Shown piece after piece: positions 1-8,521 of a DNA stretch of 58,161 bases (the stretch's first letter is position 1; every line of letters begins with the position of its first letter). Where the stretch lies: positions 1 through 58,161 of the IMG/VR virus record IMGVR_UViG_3300044825_001220; one strand, 5' to 3'. This stretch comes from a virus (Duplodnaviria; Caudoviricetes). The notes under the pieces were generated by a model, which saw only the letters and a list, made by a program, of their open reading frames with translations, was not told the DNA's origin and searched no databases. The translations under genes and the position numbers were made by a program.

Positions 1-180
1 TTTTGTCATCACTAATTCTTTGCCCTCTTTGCGCACAACACATGACCCGGCAGCGCACAGCGTGGCGTGGGCGTACATATGCTCATGACGCGGCAACCCC
101 TCACCCTTGTCGGCGTGATACACGTTGAGCACAGCCCCGTCATAAGTGAAGGAGTGGGCTGGGTTGAGGGCGACTATCAT
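1..180 (-). CDS. Cupin-fold protein, truncated by window edge
   Basis: Not in ORF track; read manually from ATG at 180: MIVALNPAHSFTYDGAVLNVYHADKGEGLPRHEHMYAHATLCAAGS...; HxH cupin motif 1; runs off the left edge. Confidence 0.7.
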   Translation of the reverse strand, partial: MIVALNPAHSFTYDGAVLNVYHADKGEGLPRHEHMYAHATLCAAGSCVVRKEGKELVMTK

Positions 181-188
181 GAAGCGTT

Positions 189-422
189 TTACTTGGTTGG
201 CATCAGCGCCTTGAGTTCGTCTGGCGTCTGTGCTGCGTCCATCTGAGTCTGGAGGGCGGCGTATTTGTCACGGATTGCCTGACGAGCGGCTTCTGCACCG
301 TCTACCTGACCGGGAATTTGTTTGGCAATGGCGTTGTCAAACGGCTCAAACTCTTTGGCACGGGCAGCGCGACGGGCATCATGGGCGATAGCCTTCGCCT
401 TTGTCATGTTGATCTGGATCAT
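189..422 (-). CDS. Hypothetical protein, tail fibre assembly-like
   Basis: MIQINMTKAK... helical 77 aa; start overlaps the stop of the upstream gene; tail module context. Confidence 0.65.
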   Translation of the reverse strand: MIQINMTKAKAIAHDARRAARAKEFEPFDNAIAKQIPGQVDGAEAARQAIRDKYAALQTQMDAAQTPDELKALMPTK

Positions 423-607
423 GCATACTCCCATGCGTTGCGGAAGGTGCGGTCAGACGGAATGTCAGCGACATCCACGATCTGGAAGGGTTTGCCTGCC
501 GGCACGTCCTTGGCCGCGATCTGTTCAATCGTCAGGCCGCACTCGGCAGCAGGCACGATGACGGACACGCCGCCGTCGTCGTTGGGGTAGATGATGCGTT
601 GGTTCAT
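419..607 (-). CDS. Small tail-associated protein
   Basis: SD AGGAG; IIYPNDDGGVSVIVPA...DRTFRNAW is typical of phage tail accessory proteins. Confidence 0.7.
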   Translation of the reverse strand: MNQRIIYPNDDGGVSVIVPAAECGLTIEQIAAKDVPAGKPFQIVDVADIPSDRTFRNAWEYA

Positions 608-619
608 GGTTGCTCCTGA

Positions 620-1132
620 TTAACGGAAGATGGCAACAGAGATTAACTCAAAATCTTGTGCACTACCTCCGTTATCTTTTGATGTAACCCTGTAACTTCC
701 AGTTGCATTTGAAAATGAATAAACAACCCTTGCAGCTTGCCCTGACCCGTTTAGTGCGGGGGCGTATCCAATAGTTGGAGAGTAATTTACATCCGGCATC
801 GCCGTCGTGAAATTGACGGTGTAATCCCCAGTGCCGTTGTCCGTGATGCTCGTCACGTTGCCAGACGCACGAATCGCTACAGTGCCGGTGCCGTTAAAGT
901 TGACCCATGCGCGGCAACCGTAAGCTGTGGCAACAGAGCCGTATCCTGAATTCATCAGGAAGTTGCCAGAGGCGTCAAACTCACCGCGCTGTACGCCGCC
1001 CGTCGAAAAACCAAGCCTGTCAGCGCCTGGGAAATAAACGCCGGTGTTGGCGTCAGTCCCCCTGATGGCAGGAGTAGATACAGAGCCGTCGATGTCAGAC
1101 AGGCCGTCGGTGCCAGACAAAATTAATGTCAT
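620..1132 (-). CDS. Tail fibre-like protein
   Basis: C-terminal CRAWVNFNGTG...ITDNGTGDYTVNF beta-rich domain seen in phage fibres; SD GAGGAG. Confidence 0.7.
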   Translation of the reverse strand: MTLILSGTDGLSDIDGSVSTPAIRGTDANTGVYFPGADRLGFSTGGVQRGEFDASGNFLMNSGYGSVATAYGCRAWVNFNGTGTVAIRASGNVTSITDNGTGDYTVNFTTAMPDVNYSPTIGYAPALNGSGQAARVVYSFSNATGSYRVTSKDNGGSAQDFELISVAIFR

Positions 1133-1233
1133 GATTGCTCCTCAGCAGGCAGTGGCTGGTTGCCTTCGGCAAGCCATGCAAGGTATTTCTGGTAGTCGGT
1201 GTTTATCGGATTAAAGAAGAGAATTTGGTGCAT
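1129..1233 (-). CDS. Short (34 aa) tail fibre chaperone-like peptide, possibly N-terminally truncated
   Basis: Manual read MHQILFFNPINTDYQKYLAWLAEGNQPLPAEEQS; NxDYQxYLxWLAEGN motif; fills the gap exactly. Confidence 0.55.
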   Translation of the reverse strand: MHQILFFNPINTDYQKYLAWLAEGNQPLPAEEQS

Positions 1234-1244
1234 GTCAATCAGCC

Positions 1245-2279
1245 TCATAGTTCAGCGCCGCTTGCTTCAAAAACTCGCGACGCCACAGCACAAGCTCCAA
1301 ACGCAGCGCCGACCAAAACACTTTGCGCCTCACTGGCATTAACAGCGGCCAGTGTCGCAGAGGATACGTTGGTTGTACTGCCTGCCGCAACTTGAACCAT
1401 CGTTGGCGTTGTGCGCATAGGAACAAAAAAGTTTCGCGCCACGGTCAAAGTCGAGCCCGCACCACCAGCAGGAAACTGCTGCTCCATCTGGAGGCGCTGA
1501 TAATACCGCTGACACAGCGCCAACTCTTGCCCGTATGACCTGAAATCAAAGCTCGATGCTGTGCTGCCGCGCTCCAACTGGACTCCGGTGATGTAGAAGG
1601 TGGCTCCGTTGGTGCCGACGACAGAGGTTGCGCCGGTGGCTGAAGTAAAGTTAGAGCCTGCCCATGCGCCAGCAGTGCCGCTAAGTGTCGAGCCAGTACC
1701 CAAACTAAAAGTTAAATTGATGCCGGTATTTTCATCCGTAAGCCATGTTCCACTCGTGTCACCAGGGATGGTGATTGTTTTATATTCAAATGTGTTGGCT
1801 GAATTAATTGTGTATGAAAAAGGGTAAGACCTGTTTGTCGCAGAATTTCTTATTGAGCCACCAAACGCCCCTGTAAGGCTTGATCTAACCCAAAACGACA
1901 GAGTAACTGTTTGCGCCCCCGCCGCACCCCAGCCAAGGTCTGCCACATTAAAGCCCTCAATACGTTGAGTAAAAACAAATGTTTCTGCCGCCCCTACTGT
2001 ATATGCAGAGCTTGATGTGCAAATAACTGAGTTTCTAAATCCTGCCGGTACTGTGGTTGATCTTTGCGCGGTAAACTTTGATGTAACAGTTCCCACAATC
2101 AAAAACCTATCAACAGGGAACAAATTGCCCGTCCCCTGAGTCACGCTCGCCCCAGCATTCCTCTGGTCAATAACCATACCACCGTTGATGATGCGGTTGC
2201 GAAAATTAATTGCCGCCGTGTTCTGTACCGTGTTGTCGGTAAACGTGATGCCGGTGGTACCATTGATTACAGTTGGCAT
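1245..2279 (-). CDS. Tail fibre / carbohydrate-binding domain protein
   Basis: FRNRIINGGMVIDQRN...GVQLERGS...ELALCQRYY motifs typical of phage fibre CBM-like domains. Confidence 0.75.
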   Translation of the reverse strand: MPTVINGTTGITFTDNTVQNTAAINFRNRIINGGMVIDQRNAGASVTQGTGNLFPVDRFLIVGTVTSKFTAQRSTTVPAGFRNSVICTSSSAYTVGAAETFVFTQRIEGFNVADLGWGAAGAQTVTLSFWVRSSLTGAFGGSIRNSATNRSYPFSYTINSANTFEYKTITIPGDTSGTWLTDENTGINLTFSLGTGSTLSGTAGAWAGSNFTSATGATSVVGTNGATFYITGVQLERGSTASSFDFRSYGQELALCQRYYQRLQMEQQFPAGGAGSTLTVARNFFVPMRTTPTMVQVAAGSTTNVSSATLAAVNASEAQSVLVGAAFGACAVASRVFEASGAEL

Positions 2280-2288
2280 GGTTGTTCC

Positions 2289-2594
2289 TTAAAGGTCTTG
2301 AGTGCCTTGAGATGCAGGCTGTTCACTTGCAGGTAGCGGCGCAGGTTTCGGTTCATTTGTCACGCACTCAGTGCCGTTCCATGTGAACCCGATTTGTGCT
2401 TCGCCCATGCGCTGTACCAACACCCAATCGTTGATGGGGGCATCCCAAAACCACACCAGCGCCATCGTGGTCGATTGCACCAGCATCAGGTATCCGGCAG
2501 GCGGTTGCCATGTTTCGGGATTTCCGTCCCACAAGCATACGTTGTCCACCACGTTGGTGGATTGATTCATCATGAGATAGTTTTGGACTGTCAT
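2289..2594 (-). CDS. Small tail accessory protein
   Basis: Follows Gly-rich fibre gene; NVVDNVCLWDG...AQIGFTWNG. Confidence 0.6.
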   Translation of the reverse strand: MTVQNYLMMNQSTNVVDNVCLWDGNPETWQPPAGYLMLVQSTTMALVWFWDAPINDWVLVQRMGEAQIGFTWNGTECVTNEPKPAPLPASEQPASQGTQDL

Positions 2595-2599
2595 GCTGA

Positions 2600-3364
2600 T
2601 CACCATTCAAAAATAACTACGCCCGCGCCGCCTGCTGCGCCTGCATGTAAACCACCACCACTGCGAAAAGCGCCGCCAGCGCCGCCGCCATAAGCTCCAC
2701 CAGCCGCACCAGCACCGTTTGAAGAAGTCCTGCCAAGTCCACCATTACCAAGAATAGACGGCCCACCCATGCCAGAGCCCGAGTTAGAAGAGCCGCCACC
2801 CCCACCGCCACTCATATTAAGTGTGCCGCCAGAAGCTGATCCGCCCGCTGCACCATTGAAATTAGAACTATCAATGACCCCACTACTTCCACTGCCGCCG
2901 TTTCCAGTTATTGTTGAAATACTTTGAGTACCAGAGGCAACACTAGAGTTACCGCCTGTGCCACCGCTGCTGGGCGAAGTAGAACCCGCCGTCCCCCCAC
3001 TACCAACAGTCACAGTCAGCGTATTTCCAGGGGTTAAACCAGTTAAATACGATATTGCCGCACCTCCGCCCCCGCCTCCAGCAGAAGCAGCGGCTGCTGA
3101 GCAAGGATTATTTGCTACTCCCCCGCTACCTCCACCCCCACCAACAACGGTGACCTTGAGCGTAGTAACGCCGGTTGGGATGGTGAACGTGCCGTTGGAT
3201 GTAAAGACTTGGCCCCTGGTGCCGCCAGAAACAAGATCGCTGGTCAAAGCGACGGTCCCGGTTGAATCGGGCAACGTGAGGGTTTGGTTGTTGTTGGAGT
3301 TTGGCGATGCAACCGTAAATATGCCGGTGCCGCCCGCATTGCCCGAAAGACGTACTGAACTCAT
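2600..3364 (-). CDS. Glycine-rich tail fibre protein
   Basis: VFTSNGTFTIPTGVTTLKVTVVGGGGG...GAGVVIFEW glycine-rich domain. Confidence 0.75.
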   Translation of the reverse strand: MSSVRLSGNAGGTGIFTVASPNSNNNQTLTLPDSTGTVALTSDLVSGGTRGQVFTSNGTFTIPTGVTTLKVTVVGGGGGSGGVANNPCSAAAASAGGGGGGAAISYLTGLTPGNTLTVTVGSGGTAGSTSPSSGGTGGNSSVASGTQSISTITGNGGSGSSGVIDSSNFNGAAGGSASGGTLNMSGGGGGGSSNSGSGMGGPSILGNGGLGRTSSNGAGAAGGAYGGGAGGAFRSGGGLHAGAAGGAGVVIFEW

Positions 3365-3373
3365 GTTCGCTCC

Positions 3374-3964
3374 TTAAACCACTACCCAGCTTGAGCCGGT
3401 GGTTACAGTTACCGATATACCGCTGTCAATTGTGACGGGGCCAAACGTACCGGCGTTGGTTGCTGCCGGGATGGTGTAGTTTGCGGTCACGTTCTGACCG
3501 TTCTCAAAGAATATCTGATCCGTGCCACCACCCGTTGCACCGCCAGAGCCGCCAGCAACTTTGACAAAATCACCAACCCCTGAGTCCCATGCCATCAGGG
3601 CTGCCTGACCAGCAGAAACAAATGCGCCCGCCGTGGGGCTGCTCGGGCCGCCGCGCAAATACACCAGGGAATCTGAGTTGTTGATCACCACATACATCTT
3701 GCTCTGCTTGGGAGCGTTGATGTAGCGCGTAGCACCCGGTGTCCCGGTGGCAATCAGGATGGCGTTTCTGGCCTCGTTTGGAGCGCCGCCTGCGGTGGTG
3801 GTCAGGGTCCAGTCGCCAGCCGTCACACTGGCGGTTGAAAATTGAGCAATCGCATCCTCAACCAGTTGTGTAAGCTGGCTGTTTACGGCGGTTCCCCATG
3901 TGTTTACAAGGCTGCCCGTTACGGGCTGGATCAGCCCGAGTAGCGAAGTGTATGCGGATGGCAT
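3374..3964 (-). CDS. Tail fibre proximal/adaptor protein
   Basis: N-terminal NTWGTAVN motif; C-terminal FFENGQ...GPVTIDSG...WVVV domain. Confidence 0.65.
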   Translation of the reverse strand: MPSAYTSLLGLIQPVTGSLVNTWGTAVNSQLTQLVEDAIAQFSTASVTAGDWTLTTTAGGAPNEARNAILIATGTPGATRYINAPKQSKMYVVINNSDSLVYLRGGPSSPTAGAFVSAGQAALMAWDSGVGDFVKVAGGSGGATGGGTDQIFFENGQNVTANYTIPAATNAGTFGPVTIDSGISVTVTTGSSWVVV

Positions 3965-3967
3965 CAA

Positions 3968-5119
3968 TTACTCCTGTGAATCGTCTGTCTTTTGCCAGCC
4001 AGGACCTGCCGAGGTGTTGACATTTTGCCATGTAGAGGCTTGGCTGTCATCAATAACTACCCAACCAGAGTTGCCCGAGGCTTGTATGACCTGCCATGTC
4101 CCGTTCTGGCTACCGTCTATGGTCACCCAGTTGGCGGCTTGAGCGTCTGGGATCACTTCCCAGCGGAACCGCGCTGTGATGACATCTAAGGCAAGAGCGC
4201 CTTCTGATATTTGGACTGAAAGAGTTAGTTGCATTGCAACCGTGTCTTCAGCCGTCGAGGACTCAAAAATGCTGACCGGGAAATCCGCAGCCGCACTGAT
4301 TATGTCTGTCCCTGCCGCAGTTTCACTTACGGCTCTTGTAAAAATTTGCCCCGCAAGATTTGTTTCTGCCCCGGTTGCGGACTCCAAAACGCTACCAAAG
4401 AAGGTGAAGCTCGACGCTGTAAGGTCGATTCCAGCCGCAGACTCAGCAATCTGGGCAGAGTAAACCGGCACGGACGATACGGCGTCTGACGCCAAAGCGG
4501 AGGCCAAGAAACTGACAGCAAAATTTACCGTTGCCACCTGCGCGTCAGAGCCTCTGGCAACCTCACTCACCGATGCACGCATGGTGGCGCTGGCTGCAAT
4601 TGAGTCTGCGCCCGTCGCTGCCTCAGACACAGACGCCAGGAATGCAAGCCGTGCGGCCACCGCATCCAATCCCGTTGCCGTCTCAGAAACATTGGAGAAG
4701 TAAACGATGCGGGAAGAAACTGTATCCGTGCCAGTGGCTGACTCAGAAATCTGCGTGGAGTACGTGGGCAGCGCCGATACGGTGTCTGTGCCGGTTGCGG
4801 TCTCAGCAAGAGACGCAAGAAAAGTTGCCGCCGCTGACACGGTGTCTGTGCCCACGGCAGACTCAGAAACCGCCGCAAGAAATGCGGCGCTGGCAGATTG
4901 AGAATCTGACCCAGTCGCTGTTTCAGAAACAGACGACGAGAACGTGATCCGTGCTGCCTGTGAATCTGAGCCTGTTGCCGTCTCTGCGACAGAGGTTGGA
5001 AATGTGACTCTGGCTGCTTGTGCGTCGGATGCCGTGGCTGACTCAATGACCGCAGCGGCAAATACGTTCCCCGCCAGCGCGGAAATCGCTGTTGTTGAGA
5101 ACGCATGAAAGCCAAACAT
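3968..5119 (-). CDS. Virion protein with about 15 repeats of 20 aa (SETATGxD)
   Basis: Visible 20-residue periodicity; Trp-spaced C-terminus. Confidence 0.7.
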   Translation of the reverse strand: MFGFHAFSTTAISALAGNVFAAAVIESATASDAQAARVTFPTSVAETATGSDSQAARITFSSSVSETATGSDSQSASAAFLAAVSESAVGTDTVSAAATFLASLAETATGTDTVSALPTYSTQISESATGTDTVSSRIVYFSNVSETATGLDAVAARLAFLASVSEAATGADSIAASATMRASVSEVARGSDAQVATVNFAVSFLASALASDAVSSVPVYSAQIAESAAGIDLTASSFTFFGSVLESATGAETNLAGQIFTRAVSETAAGTDIISAAADFPVSIFESSTAEDTVAMQLTLSVQISEGALALDVITARFRWEVIPDAQAANWVTIDGSQNGTWQVIQASGNSGWVVIDDSQASTWQNVNTSAGPGWQKTDDSQE

Positions 5120-5577
5120 CAGACGACCGTCCAGTTTGAACCAGAGGGCACCGTCACCGTCACACCACTTGCAATCGTGACCGGACCGCCGCTGATGGCA
5201 TTGTGTCCATCATTGACCGTTGAGGACTGCGTTATGACGGCTTCGTTCTCGATGTACCCCATGCCGCCGATGACAGCCCTTCCTGCGGGGTAGTCGCAAA
5301 ACACATCCTTGGTGCCCGCCGAAAAACTAACCTTTGCCCCAGAGGCGCTGGAGGCAAGCACCGTGTCCCGAGACAGCGTTGTGCCCGAGGCTGTGTATGT
5401 GCCTATCCCCACCTCCCACTCAGAGGTGCCCTGGCCCGCAATGGTGTAGTACGTGGTGTTGGCGTTGCCGATGGCAGCAAAGGTCTGAAAACCCGTAACT
5501 GCCCCCGCCAGCGTCACCGATACGGTGCCGGTCGTTGTTGTGGTCTCACGGACTCGGTCCGCAAGGACGAAGGGCAT
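5119..5577 (-). CDS. Virion structural protein
   Basis: LADRVRETTTTTGT...EWEVGIGTY...FSAGTKDVFC; translationally coupled to neighbours. Confidence 0.7.
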   Translation of the reverse strand: MPFVLADRVRETTTTTGTVSVTLAGAVTGFQTFAAIGNANTTYYTIAGQGTSEWEVGIGTYTASGTTLSRDTVLASSASGAKVSFSAGTKDVFCDYPAGRAVIGGMGYIENEAVITQSSTVNDGHNAISGGPVTIASGVTVTVPSGSNWTVV

Positions 5578-5578
5578 G

Positions 5579-5758
5579 TCAAGCCCCCGTCAGTTGGTCT
5601 TCATCAAACCAGCGTTGTTGAGTCGCACCGTTTGCGTCCGTCCACTCAACGAGATACTGGATCACGCCGTTGTCGTCTATACGCAGTGCCAACACTGGAC
5701 CTTGCGGCACGATGCTGGTGAGCTTTACAACATCGCCCTTCTTGAATGCGGTGGCCAT
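5579..5758 (-). CDS. Small SH3/KOW-like protein (59 aa)
   Basis: Manual read MATAFKKGDVVKL...YLVEWTD...RWFDEDQL; SD AGGAG; fills the gap. Confidence 0.7.
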   Translation of the reverse strand: MATAFKKGDVVKLTSIVPQGPVLALRIDDNGVIQYLVEWTDANGATQQRWFDEDQLTGA

Positions 5759-5767
5759 GTGCTCTCC

Positions 5768-6289
5768 TTATGCGGCATCGAGGCTGAAAGTGTATGTGAC
5801 GGTCAGCGTATCGCCGTTGACCACCGAGCGATCCCCAGGCGACTGGAAATCAGAGGCCGAGAACAAGATGCCGGTGGTGCCACCCTTGGTGTTGTTGCTG
5901 GTCAAGAACGCGCCACCAACGGTTGTGGTGCCGTTGATGCTGAAAGTGGCAGGAGAAGCTGAGTTGGTGATCACCGACGGGTCTGCCGTGGTGGCGGTGC
6001 CGAACGTCACAGCAGGACGAGTGGCTTGGCTGTAAGCCGTCACTTCAGTCCAACCAATGTGGGACGCCATCGTGTCACCGGCAGCGGGATTGTTTGTGGA
6101 GCCAGAGCCGTACAGGCCAATGTACCAAACGGCTGTGTAACCAGAGCCAGCAAAGTACTTGGTGTTCATGTCTTGCAGGCCCTCGTTGACCACAAGGTTG
6201 TGGTTTTCCTCGGCCCACTTCAAATTCCCATCCTTGTCAAAGCACTGAACGGTGAACACGCCACCTGCTTTAAGTTTTTCGTTGAACAT
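5768..6289 (-). CDS. Virion structural protein
   Basis: NLVVNEGL...GDTLTVTYTF beta protein; SD AAGGAG. Confidence 0.7.
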   Translation of the reverse strand: MFNEKLKAGGVFTVQCFDKDGNLKWAEENHNLVVNEGLQDMNTKYFAGSGYTAVWYIGLYGSGSTNNPAAGDTMASHIGWTEVTAYSQATRPAVTFGTATTADPSVITNSASPATFSINGTTTVGGAFLTSNNTKGGTTGILFSASDFQSPGDRSVVNGDTLTVTYTFSLDAA

Positions 6290-6298
6290 GGTTGCTCC

Positions 6299-6721
6299 TT
6301 AAACGAGGCGGATTAACGCAGATGTGCTGGTGTTGGCGGGCATCTGCACGGTAAAGGTTGTAGCTGATGTTTTGTCAGACCCAAAGTCCAACACGCACAC
6401 AGCGCCGTTTGCTCCAGATTTGTAGATCAAGGCACCACGGGCCGTGATTGCTCCTGTCCACGCTGGAGATGAGAAGTTGATGTACGTGATGCTGCCGCTT
6501 GCGGTGTCTTGGCTTGAGACTGTGGCCGTGACAATCTCTCCACCAGCCACGTAATTGCCGCCAGAGGCTTCGCCGGTCGAGGTGTACTCGGTGGTGGTCT
6601 GATCCAGCGTGGCTGAGTTGGTGTACAGCGCCAGATAGAACGTGTCCGAGGCGAAGTTGATCGTGCCGTTGGCAAGACCAGACCGCAGCGTGTTGCAAGA
6701 ATAATTGCCAGTGAATGCCAA
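6299..6721 (-). CDS. Virion structural protein
   Basis: DTFYLALYT...TARGALIY...VLDFGSDK conserved-looking phage motifs. Confidence 0.7.
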   Translation of the reverse strand: MAFTGNYSCNTLRSGLANGTINFASDTFYLALYTNSATLDQTTTEYTSTGEASGGNYVAGGEIVTATVSSQDTASGSITYINFSSPAWTGAITARGALIYKSGANGAVCVLDFGSDKTSATTFTVQMPANTSTSALIRLV

Positions 6722-7669
6722 TTACATCACCCCGTTATTCTGCGGCAGGGGCGGCGCACGGAACTGCCCGCTGCGGTATGCGTCACTGCGCTCCAGGCCA
6801 TCACCCAGACGTTTAGCCAGAGCAAGGGCTTCTTTGTACTTGCCGTCGTACAAGGCCATCATGTCGGCCTCACCCTTCATGTAGGTATAAGCCTCAACCA
6901 GAGTGCCGTAAAGCAATACGCTGTCAAAGTTGTCGCCCAGCCAAGAAGTGCCATCAGCGTTGAGCACGGACTGCACAGGGGCAGAGAAGCCCGATCCGGT
7001 ACCACCAATAGACGCCGCAGCCGCAGACATGGTGTCACCCACCACATACTTGCTGCCGTACTCAGAAATATTGACCGAGAACACAGAGCCACCGGCAATC
7101 ACAACCGTGGCTTTTGCGCCCTCACCCGTACCGCCCGTCAGCGGCACATCGTAGTACGTACCATTGACGTATCCAGTTCCACCCGTGACGGTGCCAAGCG
7201 AATAAAGCTGGCCACGGATGATGGACACCGGGTAGTAGTAATAGTGCAACTCAACCGAGTACGCGCCGTCTGGTGTCGGCCCAAGGATAAAGCTCAACTC
7301 GTTGGTAATCTGTGGGCTTGCCCCCGATGTCGTGGTCGGGCCAAACAGCGCGTAGTACTTGGGGATGGCGGTATCGTTGGGGCTTGGGTACGCCTGACGG
7401 ATGAAGTTCACATCTTTGTTCAACAAGTACTCGTACGACCCGGTGGCATCAATGACAGCCATTGAATAGGCCGCAAGAAAGTCGGTCGGGCACGACAGGT
7501 ACTTGTTGTTGATCGAAGTGAAGCCTGTCACGTTCTTCCGCAACGACGGAAACTGGACCGTGTTGTAGATGCGCTGCTCGGCCTGACGGATGAACGTGTT
7601 CATGTCCACGTTTGGGACATTGTTCTCCGTGTAGTTCGTTACAGCAGTGACAAGTTCGTCGTACGTCAT
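6722..7669 (-). CDS. Head-tail adaptor / tail tubular protein with inserted Gly-rich domain
   Basis: Likely start MTYDELVTAV; FIRQAEQRIY, PKYYA, GPTPD, LLYGTLVEAY motifs. Confidence 0.65.
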   Translation of the reverse strand: MTYDELVTAVTNYTENNVPNVDMNTFIRQAEQRIYNTVQFPSLRKNVTGFTSINNKYLSCPTDFLAAYSMAVIDATGSYEYLLNKDVNFIRQAYPSPNDTAIPKYYALFGPTTTSGASPQITNELSFILGPTPDGAYSVELHYYYYPVSIIRGQLYSLGTVTGGTGYVNGTYYDVPLTGGTGEGAKATVVIAGGSVFSVNISEYGSKYVVGDTMSAAAASIGGTGSGFSAPVQSVLNADGTSWLGDNFDSVLLYGTLVEAYTYMKGEADMMALYDGKYKEALALAKRLGDGLERSDAYRSGQFRAPPLPQNNGVM

Positions 7670-7670
7670 A

Positions 7671-7919
7671 TTAAGCCATCGGGCCCCGAGACACTTTACC
7701 TTTGGTTGCCGCACCGCCGCCACGCATCATCGTGCCGCTGGTTTTGGTCGGCTCATAGTCTTGGCTGCGGGTGTTAGCCACAGACACATTGGCCTTGCGC
7801 ATGGTCTCTTTGGCAGGCTCTTCACCCACCACGACAGACGGATAGACCTTGGGCTGGATGTACTTCCCAATCGGGTCTTTGGTTTCCGCCGGGAAATACT
7901 TGAAGTCGTCGGTGTTCAT
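7671..7919 (-). CDS. Small basic virion-associated protein
   Basis: C-terminus KTSGTMMRGGGAATKGKVSRGPMA; SD GGAGG. Confidence 0.7.
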   Translation of the reverse strand: MNTDDFKYFPAETKDPIGKYIQPKVYPSVVVGEEPAKETMRKANVSVANTRSQDYEPTKTSGTMMRGGGAATKGKVSRGPMA

Positions 7920-7920
7920 A

Positions 7921-8088
7921 TCAGCCTCCCTTGCGGCCAGGGCTACGCTGGTTCATGACCTTGGCCATGTTACGCCCGTACTTGAGCATGTCGGCGTTGG
8001 TTTTACCACCAGCCTTCAGCTTGGTCAGGGGTTTGCCAGGGTGCATGGCTTTCTCGTGTTTATGCACAGCCTTCTTTGCGTCCATCAT
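7921..8088 (-). CDS. Small basic protein (LKAGG motif)
   Basis: AVHKHEKAMHPGKPLTKLKAGG; SD AAGGAG. Confidence 0.7.
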   Translation of the reverse strand: MMDAKKAVHKHEKAMHPGKPLTKLKAGGKTNADMLKYGRNMAKVMNQRSPGRKGG

Positions 8089-8098
8089 GATCGACTCC

Positions 8099-8521
8099 TT
8101 ATGTCGTTGCAACCGTAATTGTGCCCAAATTCACTGTCAGAACCAAGTTATTTGGCGTTTCAGTGGCGGTAAAAAACGAAGAACCTCCAACGGGGTTCCA
8201 GCCCCACTGGAATATGCGACTACCAGCCTCTACCGATCCAGTGCCCAGCGGCCCAGAACCTGTCTGAATCTGCAATCCACTGGTACCAGAGAGCCTGTAG
8301 CTGCGGTCAGGGCGAGGATTCCTCAAACCCTGCGGGTCATCCACCGGGTACATACCCAACTGCAACTGCGGCTGATCTGGGTCCCAGCACTCCGGACATA
8401 CCAACAACTCATAGTTCTTGGTCTTGATGACCTCGCGCTTGAGCATTTTGAGCTTGAAACGCTGATCACAGCGATCACACTGGGCAATCGCATACTTACC
8501 GCTGGCAAACCTATTGCCCAT
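8099..8521 (-). CDS. CxxC...CxxC protein, structural cluster
   Basis: CDRC and CPEC; HPQ-like QPQLQLG...DPQGLRNPRPD. Confidence 0.7.
   Translation of the reverse strand: MGNRFASGKYAIAQCDRCDQRFKLKMLKREVIKTKNYELLVCPECWDPDQPQLQLGMYPVDDPQGLRNPRPDRSYRLSGTSGLQIQTGSGPLGTGSVEAGSRIFQWGWNPVGGSSFFTATETPNNLVLTVNLGTITVATT

Noticed and set aside
620-3364. Diversity-generating retroelement or invertible fibre cassette
   Set aside because: No reverse transcriptase, invertase or template/variable repeat pair seen
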